Positions 1 to 13,669 of a stretch of 64,000 nucleotides of DNA are shown here, one piece after another (positions within the stretch are counted from its first letter, which is position 1; each line of letters begins with the position of its first letter). The notes under the pieces were generated by a model. The model saw only the letters and a list, made by a program, of their open reading frames with translations. It had not been told where the DNA came from and made no database searches. The stretch spans positions 186,001 to 250,000 of the forward strand of contig NIVC01000575.1 in NCBI GenBank assembly GCA_002269645.1, given 5' to 3'. Position numbers and translations under genes: made by a program. The stretch comes from Macrostomum lignano. Taxonomy: Eukaryota.

Positions 1-2055
1 CTCTGATGGTATCAACCGAGAGGCCCGCGCATATCGCGGTCACATCGTCGACATAGCCCACCTTGAGAATGGGGTCGTGGAGATCACTGCAAAGCAGCTC
101 ATCCATGACCATGTTCCAGAGAGCGGGGGTGAGAACTCCGCCCTGGGGGCCCCCTTTCTGGACAGGCACCGAAAGAGAGCTGCCGTTCAGGTGGGCCACA
201 ACAGTGCGGTTTTTGGATCATGAACATGATCCACCGGACAAGGTGGGGGTGCGTGACCCTGGATTCCAGGGCTCTGCAAAAGGCCTCGAAAATGATGTTG
301 TCGAAGGCCCCCTCAATATCCAGGAATAGCGAGAGGGCAAAGCCGCTGCCAAGAACGGCCCTCTCCAGGAAGTCAACAATGACATGGAGGGCACTCTCGG
401 TTGACCTGCCCGCGCGGAAGGCGTGCTGGTTCTGCGAGAGTGGGAAGCGCTTCAGCTCGACCGAAAGTAGGCGCCAAAGCACCAGTCTCTCGAGGAGCTT
501 AAGGCAGAAAGAGGTGAGGCTGATAGGCCTGAAGGCCTTCACCGATTGGTAGACGCTCTTTCCCGGCTTGGGGATAAAGATCACCCGGGCCTCTCTCCAC
601 GCAACTGGTACATAGCCCAGCTCCACACAAGCTCGAAGGAGACGACAGAGCAGGTCCAGGAAGCGGTGGTTTTTCACCGCCTCGTGCAAGAACGCTGGGT
701 AGATGCCGTCGGGCCCAGGCGCCTTGAACGGGTTAAAGGACCTTGCCGCTCTAATAATGCGGTCTTTGGTGATCATAGACTTTGCTAGGCCTTGCCCTCC
801 CACGGTGTGATCAGGCGGGCCTTGCTGAGTCGGAGATTTAGGGCAGAAACTGTTGAGCATTAGCTATAGAGTCTCTTCAGAGCTCTCTGTGACCGAGCCA
901 TCAGGTCTCTTCACAACAGAGAGTTTAGAAAAACGGTCATTAGTGAGTGCCTTAACCACGCGGGCTACGGGGCGAGAGCCCTCAAGCCCTTCGCAGTATT
1001 GGCGCCACTTGGCCGTCTTGGCCCTTCTGACTTGGCCCTTAAACTCGTGGATCGCACGGGTATAGGCCTCTCTGTCAGATGAGTCTTTGGTTTTGAGCGC
1101 TCGCCTTTGGAGGGTCCTGGCTCGGCGCCGAAGGGCCCCGAGCTCTGGGTTCCACCAGGGAGCAGATTTCTTGCCTTTGTAGGCTTTTAGAGGGCAGGCT
1201 GCTTCAAAGGCAGTGGTGATCGCCCCGCCCAGGTAGGAGGCGAGATCATCCACCACCTGGCAGTCAGAGAGGTCACTGGGGGGGGTCAAGATCCCGAAGG
1301 CCGCGGCTCAGCTTCGAGCCAAAGGCGGCCCAATCGGTATTCCTGACGTTCCGACTCCAAGTGACCTTAGGCTTTTGCTTGGTCGGCCCAATGCAAAAGC
1401 GGATAAAGCGGTGGTCCGAGAGCGAGTCCTCGTCCCACACTCGCCAGCCCGTAACTGCGGAAAGCAGTCCGGGTGAGGCGATGGTGGTGTTGATGACTTC
1501 GGCCCACCGCCCATTATTGAACGTTGGTGCATTGCCCACCTTACAGAAATTGAGTTTTGTGCTGCTGACATAGGCCAGCAGCTCCTCGCCTCTGTTATTG
1601 GTGTTCCTGCTGCCCCAATGCAGGTGGTGTGCGTTAACATTCCCTGCAATGAGCAGCTCGAACCGACGGGACGCGGCATAGTCAATGAGGTTGACTAGTG
1701 CGTCGCAGACTACTGGGGCATCGCCTGGGAAATAGGCAGATGCTACCAGCACAGGTTGATTCGGAATGAGGTTATTGATTTGAACAACACAGATGTCCCC
1801 AGTCGAGAGATCAGGTCTCATCCATGCCTCAAAAGCTTTTGCAGCAAAGACCAGAGATCTTGGGCGAGGCTGAGATTCCGCCATGCAAAAACAGTGGTAG
1901 CCAGATGGCCCATTATTTGGCTTACCTTTGGTCATCCAGGGCTCCTGCACGAAGACCAGGCCCGGAAGCTGTTGCTCTGTCGTGCGCATCAGGTTGACTG
2001 ACGCCGCCACGCAGTGCTGGGTGCTGATCTGCAGACACCAGGTAGCCGCTGGCAT
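1..2055 (-). pseudogene. LINE ORF2: APE endonuclease + reverse transcriptase, with 2 frameshifts and 1 in-frame stop
   Basis: APE motifs LQI.N..QHC, VQEPW, LIAG(N)VNAHH..WGS, PTF, SDH. Frameshift at the G8 run 1278-1285, in-frame TAG at 864-866, frameshift at the T5 run 210-214. After correction it reads ...QKGGPQGGVLTPALWNMVMDELL...GYVDD. Confidence 0.9.
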
Positions 2056-3154
2056 CAGTGCAGATCAGGTGTTGCAGACGCCAGGAGTTCTTCCTCCTCC
2101 TCGGCGCTCACCAGCTTCGGGTCAGGGTCGCCGGTGTCCATGGGCTCTTCTTCAGCAAAAGGCCCCCGGTTGGTCGGAAGGCAATAGGCAGCGTTCGCCG
2201 CCCTTCGCCCACCGGCCATGTGGTTCTCCGCTTCAGACTGGCCCAATGCCCTGGAGCAGCCAGCCGCCTGGGCAGGCGGGTCCGTCTCCAGTCGGCCCTG
2301 CCCCGAGGGGTTGGGCCCAGATGGGACGTCCCCACCCTCCCTGGACGAACTGGTGCGCCTAGGCGTCCCGGCGACCTCTCGCCTCAGCTGGGTGATTTTG
2401 GCGGTGCGGACCGCCTTAGCTGCGCGCTGGTACAGGCCGCGCCGCTTGGTGCTGTGCGCCGGGAGTCGGTCTCCTCCGCCCTCAGCAGCGCGTTCGGCTT
2501 TACCCGCGCGGCCGTGCTGCCGGGCGGGGCGGTTTGCTTTGGCAGCCTGAGCAGAAGCTCGCGTCTCGGCCCCGGCTGCTTCGGCATTCCGCCCGCCCTG
2601 CTCACTGCCACGGGGTCATCCTCGTAGGAGCGGATGCGCAGCTTCCAAAGGCCGACGTTGATGAAGCTGCCGTGTGGATAGCGCCTCATCCAGGCGTCCG
2701 ACAGCCCCAGGATGGCTGTGAAGCCAGTGCCGTCGGTGCGCTTAAGGGTGTCATGCACCACTAGGCCCGCGGCGGGAAGCTCCAGGTTGACTGCTGGCAG
2801 CCCTTTCCGGAGCTCGTCAGCAGAGGTAACGACGCTCCTTCCCGGAACCCAGATTCGATGCCTCTTGGTCCGGGGGCGCTCGTCCTCTCTGCAGAAGGCT
2901 AAGTTGAGTTCCCAGCTCTGCTCGGGCAGCAGCTCAAGGAGCCGACGGCGGGCAGCTCCAGAGGTGGTGCTCAGCTGCTTGGCAGCTGGAGTAGCAGGTG
3001 TCTTCTCGGAGGCACCGCTCAGAGTTGGCTCTACGGGTCTCGCCGAGGCGTCCCCGATGGTAGAAGGTGGTGTGGCCGCGGAGTCCACGGCCCCAGCAGA
3101 GGCCGGAGGCACTGTGTCATCCACAGCCGGTTGGTTACTTTGGTTAGAAGCCAT
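2055..3154 (-). pseudogene. LINE ORF1 (gag-like, DUF4780-like central domain), disrupted near 2360-2390
   Basis: Probable ATG at 3154 (MASNQSNQ...). Segment RIWVPGRS...GFTAILGLSDAW...INVGLWKLRIR resembles the DUF4780 domain of Loa-clade ORF1 (recalled, not searched). The acidic tail frame 2055-2246 ends at the ORF2 start. Confidence 0.55.
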
Positions 3155-4574
3155 TGGCTGGAAGTAAAAAGATGGGACTTCCTGCAGAACACAGGCAAAG
3201 AGCCGCGAGGCCGCAACCCCAAACCAAGCGGCAGGCCCCCAAAAAGCAAAATACCACCCTGCGGGGGGACCCAAAAGCGCAAGGGGAACCGTTAGTGACC
3301 AGACTACTCCCTGGCCAAGCGTCCATCAGCACGGAGTTACACTGGGACATTAGAGGGTGCGTTTATATGGTCACACCAGGACCCCGCGCCAACGAATCAG
3401 CTCGGCAAGGCCCAAGAAGGCCTGCCTTAACACCCACGGGACGAGTACCCTTCAAAGTGCGCCTTGCAAGTTGAAAATCAGGAGACGGAGTCTCTTGAGC
3501 TAGCTCGTATCAGCCCGCCAGGGGAGGCAGATATGAGCATCGCTGGCTGGGATAAGGGCCATACCAGTCTCATACTGCACAGATAGTTCACCACGCCATT
3601 GCGTGCAGGACCCGGGGTCCTGGGGGCAACAGCCCCGGCCTCCGCTGCTCTGGCAAAGCTCAAGATGTTTTGAGGCTGCTTCGAGTCTGAGATTTTTAGC
3701 TCTGATTTTGGCTTGTATTTATAGGAAAATCTTGCGAGAAGCAGGTTATTTAGGGTAGGTGACGAGTTCGCTTTTTGGAAATTTGACCCATAGAAAATTG
3801 AATAGAATTCTTGCAAATACAATAGATTTCGAGCATCCACACTGCTCAACAGAGATTTCGGCTCAACAGAGATCACTCAGAACTGAACTCAAAATTCTAA
3901 TGTCCAGCTCAGTCTAACGACGACGAATGATAATCGAATTTAAAGTTACAATTTCACTCCAAATGATAACAGTCTGGCCGGACGCTTGAGCAGTCAGTGC
4001 ATGTGGTGGCCTGTCTGCTGTGGCTGAAATAAATGATCTGTAATCCCGTGGGGCTGCGCTTTTGAGCAGACGATACAAAAAATGGCAGCATATATTTTAG
4101 GTATCAAAATTGTACATCAAGCTTTTTACTCTAGAGTTTCTAAACAGTGTGTGGTAAAAATGGCGTCTCTAATAATTCTGCTTGAATTTTATTAGCTTGG
4201 TCACATATAGCGGCAGTCTGCTGATCGCAACCCGCGAAGTGAGGAAATCACCGCGCCTGAACCAACGGCAGCTGGAGAATTGGTGCGGATGGACAGAGAT
4301 AAATGGGATTGGGATTCAGATATGGGAAGGGGAGAAAGGGAACTATAGCTCTGGGATAGGATGGAAAGATCCCTCACTAGGGCCCGCAGATCCCGGAGCA
4401 GAGAATCGTATTCGAGTATATATATATGCATTTTTGGGTACGTAAAAGTTACGGGGAAAAGCGTCAAGGTAGGAGGGCCGGACCGAATTCTCGCAGCGAA
4501 TGCACCGGCGAATTCGTAAGGCGGCCTCGGCTGCCTCTCTACGATTGGGCGACGCGCAGTACAAAATCTTCTCA

Positions 4575-5215
4575 ACTCGGCCGGCTACGCCAAGTGAGTG
4601 CGTGTCCGAGTGTGTGTCCGAGTGTGTGTCCGGGTTTGTGTCCGAGTGTGTGTCCGAGTGTGTCCGGGTGTGTGTCTGGGTGTGTCCGAGTGTAATGTCC
4701 GAGGACTGTATAAACGTGACCGGAATGAGTTGTCCGGATGAGTGTCTGAATGAGTGCCCGGTCGAGGGTGTCCAAGAGTGCCAGCTGTTGCGTCCGTGTG
4801 TGTCCGAGTGGGTTTCCGAGCGGATGAATCACTGGGCTTCCAAGGTGTCACCGTGGGTGTCCGAATGAGTCCGAATGAGTGACTGAGGGTATCCAAATGA
4901 GTGTCTGGGCGTGTCCGAATTAGTGTCCAAGGACGTCGGAGTGTCCGGATGGGGTGGGTGTCCGATTTGTTGCCTTCGTGTATGTTCGAGTAGGTGTTCG
5001 AGCGGGTGAATCACTGGGCTTCCAATGTGTCACAGTGAGTGTCCGAGTGGGTGTCCGAGGGTGTCCAATTGGTGTCTGAGAGTGTCCGAGGGTGGCCGAG
5101 TGGGTGGATCACCATGCGTCGGCGTTCGATAGGGTTTAACTGAGTATCCTCCTGAGTGTCCGAAGCTGTCAAAGTGTTCGAGAGGGTGCTCAACTGAGTG
5201 TCCGAGGGTTCGAGT
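4575..5215. repeat. Degenerate minisatellite built on GTGTCCGA(G)
   Basis: Dozens of tgtgtccgag/gtgtccga units that decay toward the right. Confidence 0.85.
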
Positions 5216-5816
5216 GTGCGTTTGATTTCGTGCATTTAACAGCATATCCTCAATTTAGCGACTTGAAGCGTACACTGTTTATACACAATTTTGTGATGTT
5301 TAAAATCTGTCAAATGTTTAAACACGAGTAATTGGAAGAATTGGACGAATAATCAGTGTTTGGCCAAGACGAGTCAATTAATGATTTTCTGGCTACTCGG
5401 ACTGCCTCGGCGATGCATAGATAGATTATTGCTCTGATAAAAAAATTAATTATGAAGTGCAGATCAAACAGAGTGCTTCCGGATCTCTCAGTCCAGATGT
5501 TTGCTCAAGGTTCGATGCAGATTAATTGGTCATCATTGCTTTATCTGAAATCACAGACAGGCAACTCCAGCTGCCGTTTAACTCAATAGTTAATTTCATT
5601 GATTCTTTAATAGATTTTAACTGTCCTCAGTGGTCACCGGTCGTCAAACCGCCTGTGAATTTTTTCTTAGAATAAAGTCTTTAAAGGTCGTTCAAAGCCC
5701 CTTGCCCAGTTTGGTGGGGGTGAGGGTGAGCTTCTGAGCTTCTGAGCTTCGGATGATTGATGGGTCTCTGTGAAGGGGTCAGGGAGAGTAGAAAAAGACG
5801 AGAGGTCTGAAAGATC

Positions 5817-5843
5817 AAGAGAGAGAGAGAGAGAGAGAGAGAG
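5817..5843. repeat. (GA)n microsatellite
   Basis: Direct observation. Confidence 0.9.
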
Positions 5844-6384
5844 ATTGAGCAGTTCTGCTATTCCAGCCCCAAGCAGTCACAGCAAGAACAAACAGGTCAT
5901 GCGCCACCAGTCCTCGTGGCACTGCAGCGCTGCACAATCACTGTTGTTGCTGAGAGGCTGCTGTGGCCATTCAACTGAGGCCACTGGATCCGGCAAGCTT
6001 CCATATGGCTGAGGGGGAGAGGGGCAGCGAGAACTGAGTTCTCTAGGGGATAATTGTGGATTCTATATCACTGCCCAGCATTCTCTGATCCCCAATTGGC
6101 TAAGTTGGATCGAGAGATATCGCATTTACTTTTTTCTTATAAAGTTTCTCTATCTATACCTACATTTCACTATTTTTTCTGCTTTCAGTTTCTGTAAAAT
6201 TGTAGTGAAAGTCCACAGTTCCCGATGCAGCTGTAGCTCGATATTTCGAATAAAATTGAGCCGATAATTGCAACTTTGATACTCTGTAATAAGATTCTAA
6301 TGGCATCTAGCTCGTATTCGTTGTACGGCTAAAACAGCTTTTATATATAGATAGGAAAGCGTCCTTCTCTACTGACAGTAGTGC

Positions 6385-7145
6385 TGTGCATCTATGGGTA
6401 CAATACAATACATTACAATACAGTGCAATATAATACAATTATAGTTACAAGGTCCGCCGACCACAAATTGGTCAGGAAGAGGGGGACAATGTCAAAAACA
6501 CGCTTAGTCGCAAAGTCTCTGATAAAAACGACGCCGTTGGCCTTGTTAGGAGACTTGGCGTCTTCTGTCAAACAGTCGACGAACCTTCGGGTCCGCGACT
6601 GCCCTCGCCGGAAGGGGACCCGCTGTGTCCACAGCAGGACCTCCTGCAGCGGCTCCGGGCATTAGGACTCGGCGCGGATGACGTGACCCGCCAGCTTCAG
6701 GCGTCGCTGTCGCAGGGTCTCGCTGGGAGGGCTCAGCTTGACCCGTTGATAGAGGTGACGTGTTCGGCGTGACGTTGGATGTTGAAGGCAGTGCGTAGCA
6801 GGCTGGAGTGCACCGCGTCCAGTTGTCGTTCCAGGACCTCCGTCATGTTCCATGTCTCGGCGTTGTAGAGGAGCAACGTTTCCACGACCGCCTGGAACAG
6901 TCGAGTCTTCAGCTGGTCTGGCAGGGTGTCGCTCTGGAGCATGACACGCACACAGCAGAAAGCCGCCCACGTGAGCCCTCCGGATGAGGTGGTGAAGAAG
7001 TCGGAGAGGCCGTCAGGTGTGATCGCAGCAGCGAGCGTGTCTTGGTAGAGCGCCATCAGCTTCTCTCTGGGACATTGTAGGCTGGAAGAACTAATGGTAT
7101 CACGCCTTGAGCGACCGAGTCAAAAGCCTTAAGGAAGTCGTCTAT
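6385..7145 (-). mobile_element. RTE-clade LINE fragment, 5'-truncated and internally deleted, with (TATTG)n-like 3' tail
   Basis: Minus strand reads DFLKAFDSV (~7100-7135), YNVPE..MALYQDT.A...TPDGLSDFF.TSSG, then directly LTWAAF...LFQAVVETLLLYNAETW...RRLKLAGHVIRAES. Short-repeat tail at 6385-6445. Confidence 0.85.
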
Positions 7146-9489
7146 CCATCATCTATGGATACACATTTCATGAATTATTAAGTGCAAAGTGACAGCTTGA
7201 ATCTCTAAATTGTACGCCATCCCTCAGCTGGTAGCCACTGCCACTTCCATCCTACTTTCACATTCTATATTTCGTATCCACATTGACCGTCACATCAGTA
7301 CTGTTACATGTATTATATCTCGAACCTTCGTGACGAAGTCTCTGCTAGGTAGATTTACCCCTAGTTTCTCCCTGAATCAACTGCGCTTCATTTAGCTCGG
7401 CCGTTCGTCCGACCACCCGTGACTAATTGGCCACAGAATCCTGAGCTGAGCAGGGCCTCTGTTCTACTCGTAGCTTTACCCTTAATTTAGCAAACTGGTT
7501 CGCTCGATAAAAAAGATTCGTTCACTGCATTATTTTTAACCGCCTGGCCTGACAAACTAAGCAATTTCCATTTGAAGGAATCGCTTGATACAGTTAGTTA
7601 AGAGCTGACTGGCCCCCTCCAAAGTAGTTCATTTTAATAGTGCTTAAGAGTCAAATTTTGCATAACTAATCCTAGGACGCGCTAATTATCTTATTAGCGG
7701 TACGCATGAATTTAATGTGACTTTCAAGTGAACTTTCAATGTGACTGGGTAATTTGAGTTAATGTGAATTAATTATATACACTATCTGTGCAATCAGTTT
7801 TTTCAGATAGGCTTTACTGGATGTAGGCTTTACATTGGTCCTAATATTGTACAATGTGGTCTCTCTTTCTAAATTCTCTATGATCTTTGTTTGATCTGAC
7901 AGCCACCCCACTCCTCCAATAAAATTTCGTCCTTCAGTGTACAGGGCCACAGTGTACACACTCAAGCACCCCTAACTGGTCTTTCCATTAACAACCCCCC
8001 GCCCCTCGACTTTCATTTCAGAGCGGGTGGGTCCACGGGTCCAGACACGTAACTGCGGGCCCCGTATCTTCTTGTCCAATACAGCGTTCCAAGACCCCAA
8101 CTCCTCACTCCTATACTCATGTACCCCGTGGACTCGCACTGGACTAGCCTAGTCTGGGTACACCCTGTCTCCACCCGACTAGATGGGTGATTTTCCTTTA
8201 GTGAAACCTCTATCTAGTCTGCGGCCGTTAGTTGTTTATTGGCCTTCCGAAGTACAATTGTACACAAACGTAGAATTACACTGACACCTTACTATTGTAT
8301 AACGCTTTGTTATGTAATCTCATCTTGAACCTGCATGCGTGCCTTGACCAGGTTGAGATATGAATAAGTACTGACTGACCCGATGCGGAAAGGCGGTAGA
8401 CCTGCGGCTCAGGAAAAAAGTAGGAAAATAGAAAATAGGAACCGGCCGAAACGGAATGACTTCCCCTTCTAGTTCTGGTTGCCAAACCACTCATTTCGTG
8501 TGTGCCCAGCCAGAGAGACTTCAAGAGCAGAGAAAAAGAAAGGTGAGTTGTACCGAAATAGAGTTAATGGAAGTTTGGGAGATTTCTGAGCTCTACTCTG
8601 AAGTAACTCCGAGAGCAGCGTCCTTCCATCTATCCACCTACTCATCCACGCACTCATCTAGCCATCAAGTCTTATTTTTTGCCCTCATTTCACCATGCCA
8701 TCATTATAATTTGTACTCTGTCCCTTGTTTCCCGCATAATTTCTCATAACAACAACATTCTCTTCTCATAATGTGCGAACTCAACCGCTTAGTCTGAGTT
8801 TAGTCTCTAATTAAATTTCGATTGTAATTTCTAGTGCTCTTGCTACGCCGCTCCATACTCTCCCCGTGTCATTATCCTCCCCTCCCATTCTCCCAATCCG
8901 CTCCCCCATGATTGCAACGCCACTGCCACTCAAGCTCAACTTTCCCAGGGAAGAAGGCGGTCTGGGGCAGGCGAACTGACGCTTGCAAGTGAGGAAGCGA
9001 TTAAAAAGTTGTGCGTAAAGTGGGAAAATTGCGGGGCCACTGCAATTGAGGGCGAGGGAGACGCAGAAGCGATGCTCTGCCGGGAGGGGGAATGAAAATC
9101 GGGTGGGTGGGGCGGACTTCTTGCAGGAGAGAGTTTTGGTTGGCCAGCCATTGGTTACTGGGGCAGTCCGGCTTCTCGTACTGCTTGCCAACTGTCCGGG
9201 GAGTCCCGAAGACTTCTCGCTCAGTTTCAAAGTCGATAAGCGCGTCCAGACCGGCCCTCTCTAATAATACGTCGCGGCAGTTAAGCGAAGGTAGCGAATA
9301 TTACTCTGGACATTCTGCTGTAGCCACCAATAGAGCCGATTATGAGTCTGGCAAGGCGGCAGCTGGACTGCATCAGCGAGGACTCAGCAACGGGTGCAGG
9401 TTTGCTCTCGCGGTTTGCCTGTTTATGCATCTTGATAAAGGCTAACAGTTCTTATCACTGCTTAGATCAGCTCTCCATGTTAAATTTAA

Positions 9490-10800
9490 TTCATTTTGGC
9501 TAGATTAGCAATCCATTCTATTCCTTCATCCATGATGTTGGCTAGATTAGCAATCCATTGTTTTCCTTTATCAATGATGTTGGCTAGATTATCAATCCAT
9601 TCTATTCCTTCATCAATCATGTTGGCTAGATTAGCAATCCTTTCTATTCTTTCATCAGTGATGTTGGCTAGATTAGCAATCCATTCTATTCTTTCATCAG
9701 TGATGTTGGCTAGATTAGCAATCCATTCTATTCTTTCATCAGTGATGTTGGCTAGATTAGCAATCCATTCTATTCCTTCATCAGTGATGTTGGCTAGATT
9801 AGCAATCCATTCTATTCCTTCATCAATGATGTTGGCTAGATTAGCAATCCATTCTATTCCTTCATCAGTGATGTTGGCTAGATTAGCAATCCATTCTATT
9901 CCTTCATCAATGATGTTGGCTAGATTAGCAATCCATTCTATTCCTTCATCAATGATGTTGGCTAGATTAGCAATCCATTCTATTCCTTCATCAGTGATGT
10001 TGGCTAGATTAGCAATCCATTCTATTCCTTCATCAATGATGTTGGCTAGATTAGCAATCCATTCTATCCCTTCATCAATCATGCTGGCTAGATTAGCAAT
10101 CCATTCTTTTCCTTAATCCGTGATGTTGGCTAGATTAGCAATCCATTCTATCCCTTCATCAATCATGTTGGCTAGATTAGCAATCCTTTCTATTCTTTCA
10201 TCAGTGATGTTGGCTAGATTAGCAATCCATTCTATTCCTTCATCAGTGATGTTGGCTAGATTAGCAATCCATTCTATTCCTTCATCAGTAATATTGGCTA
10301 GATTAGCAATCCATTCTATCCCTTCATCAATGATATTGGCTAGATTAGCAATCCATTCTATTCCTTCATCAATTATGTTGGCTAGATTAGCAATCCATTC
10401 TATTCCTTCATCAATGATGTTGGCTAGATTAGCAATCCATTCTATTCCTTCATCAATGATGTTGGCTAGATTAGCAATCCATTCTGTTCCTTCATCAATG
10501 ATGTTGGCTAGATTAGCAATCCATTCTATTCCTTCATCAATGATGTTGGCTAGATTAGCAATCCATTCTATTCCTTCATCAATGATGTTGGCTAGATTAG
10601 CAATCCATTCTATTCCTTCATCAATGATGTTGGCTAGATTAGCAATCCATTCTATTCCTTCATGCATACATGATGTTGGCTAGATTAGCAATCCATTCTA
10701 TTCCTTCATGCATCCATGATGTTGGTTAGATTAGCAATCCATTCTATTCCTTCATGCATCCATGATGTTGGCTAGATTAGCAATCCATTCTATTCCTTTG
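9490..10800. repeat. 42-bp minisatellite, ~31 units (ATGATGTTGGCTAGATTAGCAATCCATTCTATTCCTTCATCA)
   Basis: Direct observation; the same family recurs at 33497-34166. Confidence 0.97.
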
Positions 10801-11434
10801 TCTGTGACTTTGAATAGATTAGCAACCCACTCTCGCCTCCGCCTAATGCTCCTACCAAGTTCTGAAAAAGCTACTATTCTATACAAACAGTGTCTTTGCT
10901 CTCGTTTCGCACGTGGCATGTACTTAGAGTCCCCAGACCAAGCAGCTGGGAGCCCCAGCCTCATCTGGACCACTGTAGCAATGGTTAGCTACCAGATTGG
11001 CTGCTCCTAAAGCGAGGGAAAGAGTTGCAGGGGGCGGGGCTTATCAGCGACTGGGTCTTAGAGAAATCTTTTCAGCCTCTGAGACGAGTCGGGGGGGGGG
11101 GTGAGAGTGGGAGACCGGTTGGGAGTGAGAGGGAAGAGAGAAGCCGTTAATACCGTTTAATCACGCGATCCAGCAGCAGCCCGACTCACGGCTGCATCTC
11201 CTCTTCTGCTCTGCCCATTCAGCCTGAAGCTCCGCGCGTTGATGTAGACGGAAAAAGCAAAAAAGCAGAATTGAGAGAGTCAAAGACTAACGCTGTTCGT
11301 GATGAAAAGGATGCTTTAGAAACACAGTAGGATTCGAGGATGTTTTCACTCTGCATTCCATATTTCCTTTGCCAGAAATAGCTAGATGAGCTTGATTTAT
11401 CATTCTCAAACCTCAAATACTTTAAAAGTTACTC

Positions 11435-11914
<480 letters not shown>

Positions 11915-12787
11915 CAGGCACAGACGAGATACAGAAAAGCACTGCCCGCTCCCACGAGGCAGCCAGCCCGAAGCGCAGCGTTCAAATCCCTGACCACTCG
12001 GCCCCGCTGCTCGGAGCCTAAAGCAAATCCCCCATGCAGTATTTTTTCGCTACCGCCGCGCCGAGCCGTTCGCGCTGCCCCTCCATCAATTTCTGCTCCG
12101 GATCTGACAGTTAAAATTGCCGCCATTGCAACTCCCAGGCGGCCCATATTTGTCTTGCCCGGCTGCGGAGCTGCTGCGGTCGGGGGGGGGGGGGTGCGGG
12201 TTGTTCGGCCGCCATTCTTCTTGTCAGAATCGGCCTCTCGGCCTCCTCCAGGACGGCTGCACAACTGACAGAATTGGCGGCTCGCAGTCGTTTAGGAATT
12301 CGAGGCTTTTATCTGTGCGTGTGCGTAGTTAGATTGGCTTTCATAGAAATTAATTTACAACTAAGTACATTTGGGCTACGAGCGTACTGTATAAGGAGTC
12401 CATGGACAACTCCTCGATTAGATGTGCGCTACACTTGCAGGTCGTGCGAATTTCAATTTTTTCGAAAGTCCTTTTGCTTAAGCTGGTGATGAACAAGTCT
12501 CTAGACGAACCCTATCAACCTTAGAGTTTTCAGTTGAAATTCAGACACACGCTTAAACTGCTACTGATATTCAGTAGTCAAACAAACCTTATACGTCTTA
12601 ATGTTTTGCAAATAAACTCTTTTTATGATTCTTTCAACTAATTTTAAGCCCAAATCCCATCCTTATCGCTTGCAGGCTCTTCTAATGCTACGAAACCGTC
12701 GGGTGGCGAAGCTGGAGCAGCTGTCACCGAGGCTGAGGGTGAGATTCTGCAAACTTTTGGCTTTTGATAACTTTGCCTGCATGGTTG

Positions 12788-13606
12788 GCTTCCGCTGGCT
12801 TCCGCTGGCTTCCGCTGGCTTCCGCTGGCTTCCGCTGGCTTCCGCTGGCTTCCGCTGGCTTCCGCTGGCTTCCGCTGGCTTCCGCTGGCTTCCGCTGGCT
12901 TCCGCTGGCTTCCGCTGGCTTCCGCTGGCTTCCGCTGGCTTCCGCTGGCTTCCGCTGGCTTCCGCTGGCTTCCGCTGGCTTCCGCTGGCTTCCGCTGGCT
13001 TCCGCTGGCTTCCGCTGGCTTCCGCTGGCTTCCGCTGGCTTCCGCTGGCTTCCGCTGGCTTCCGCTGGCTTCCGCTGGCTTCCGCTGGCTTCCGCTGGCT
13101 TCCGCTGGCTTCCGCTGGCTTCCGCTGGCTTCCGCTGGCTTCCGCTGGCTTCCGCTGGCTTCCGCTGGCTTCCGCTGGCTTCCGCTGGCTTCCGCTGGCT
13201 TCCGCTGGCTTCCGCTGGCTTCCGCTGGCTTCCGCTGGCTTCCGCTGGCTTCCGCTGGCTTCCGCTGGCTTCCGCTGGCTTCCGCTGGCTTCCGCTGGCT
13301 TCCGCTGGCTTCCGCTGGCTTCTGCTGGCTTCCGCTGGCTTCCGCTGGCTTCCGCTGGCTTCCGCTGGCTTCCGCTGGCTTCCGCTGGCGTCCGCTGGCT
13401 TCCGCTGGCTTCCGCTGGCTTCCGCTGGCTTCCGCTGACTTCCGCTGGCTTCCGCTGGCTTCCGCTGGCTTCCGCTGGCGTCCGCTGGCTTCCGCTGGCT
13501 TCCGCTGGCTTCCGCTGGCTTCCGCTGGCTTCCGCTGGCTTCCGCTGGCTTCCGCTGGCGTCCGCTGGCGTCCGCTGGCTTCCGCTGGCTTCCACTGGCT
13601 TCCGCT
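12788..13606. repeat. 10-bp minisatellite (TTCCGCTGGC)n, ~80 units
   Basis: Direct observation. Confidence 0.98.
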
Positions 13607-13669
13607 ATTCTTCTATAGCTTCCACTAACTCCATTTGACTTTTGATAGCTTCCATAGCTTCAATATGCT

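Larger units (their letters stand above)
1..3480 (-). mobile_element. Non-LTR retrotransposon (LINE), Loa/Lian-like clade; degenerate copy, 3' part (rest of RT, possible RNase H) lies beyond the window
   Basis: ORF1-like frame 2384-3274, then APE endonuclease 1273-2055 and RT 99-860, with motif GYVDD at 44-55. RT motifs KAPGPDGI, FRPISLTSFCLKLLERLV and FLDIEGAFD are typical of Loa/R1/Tad-group LINEs. The 5' boundary is approximate. Confidence 0.9.

Noticed and set aside
9080-9260. Protein-like minus-strand stretch (GLDALIDFETEREVFGTPRTVGKQYEKPDCP...)
   Set aside because: No recognisable family, start codon or splice partners.
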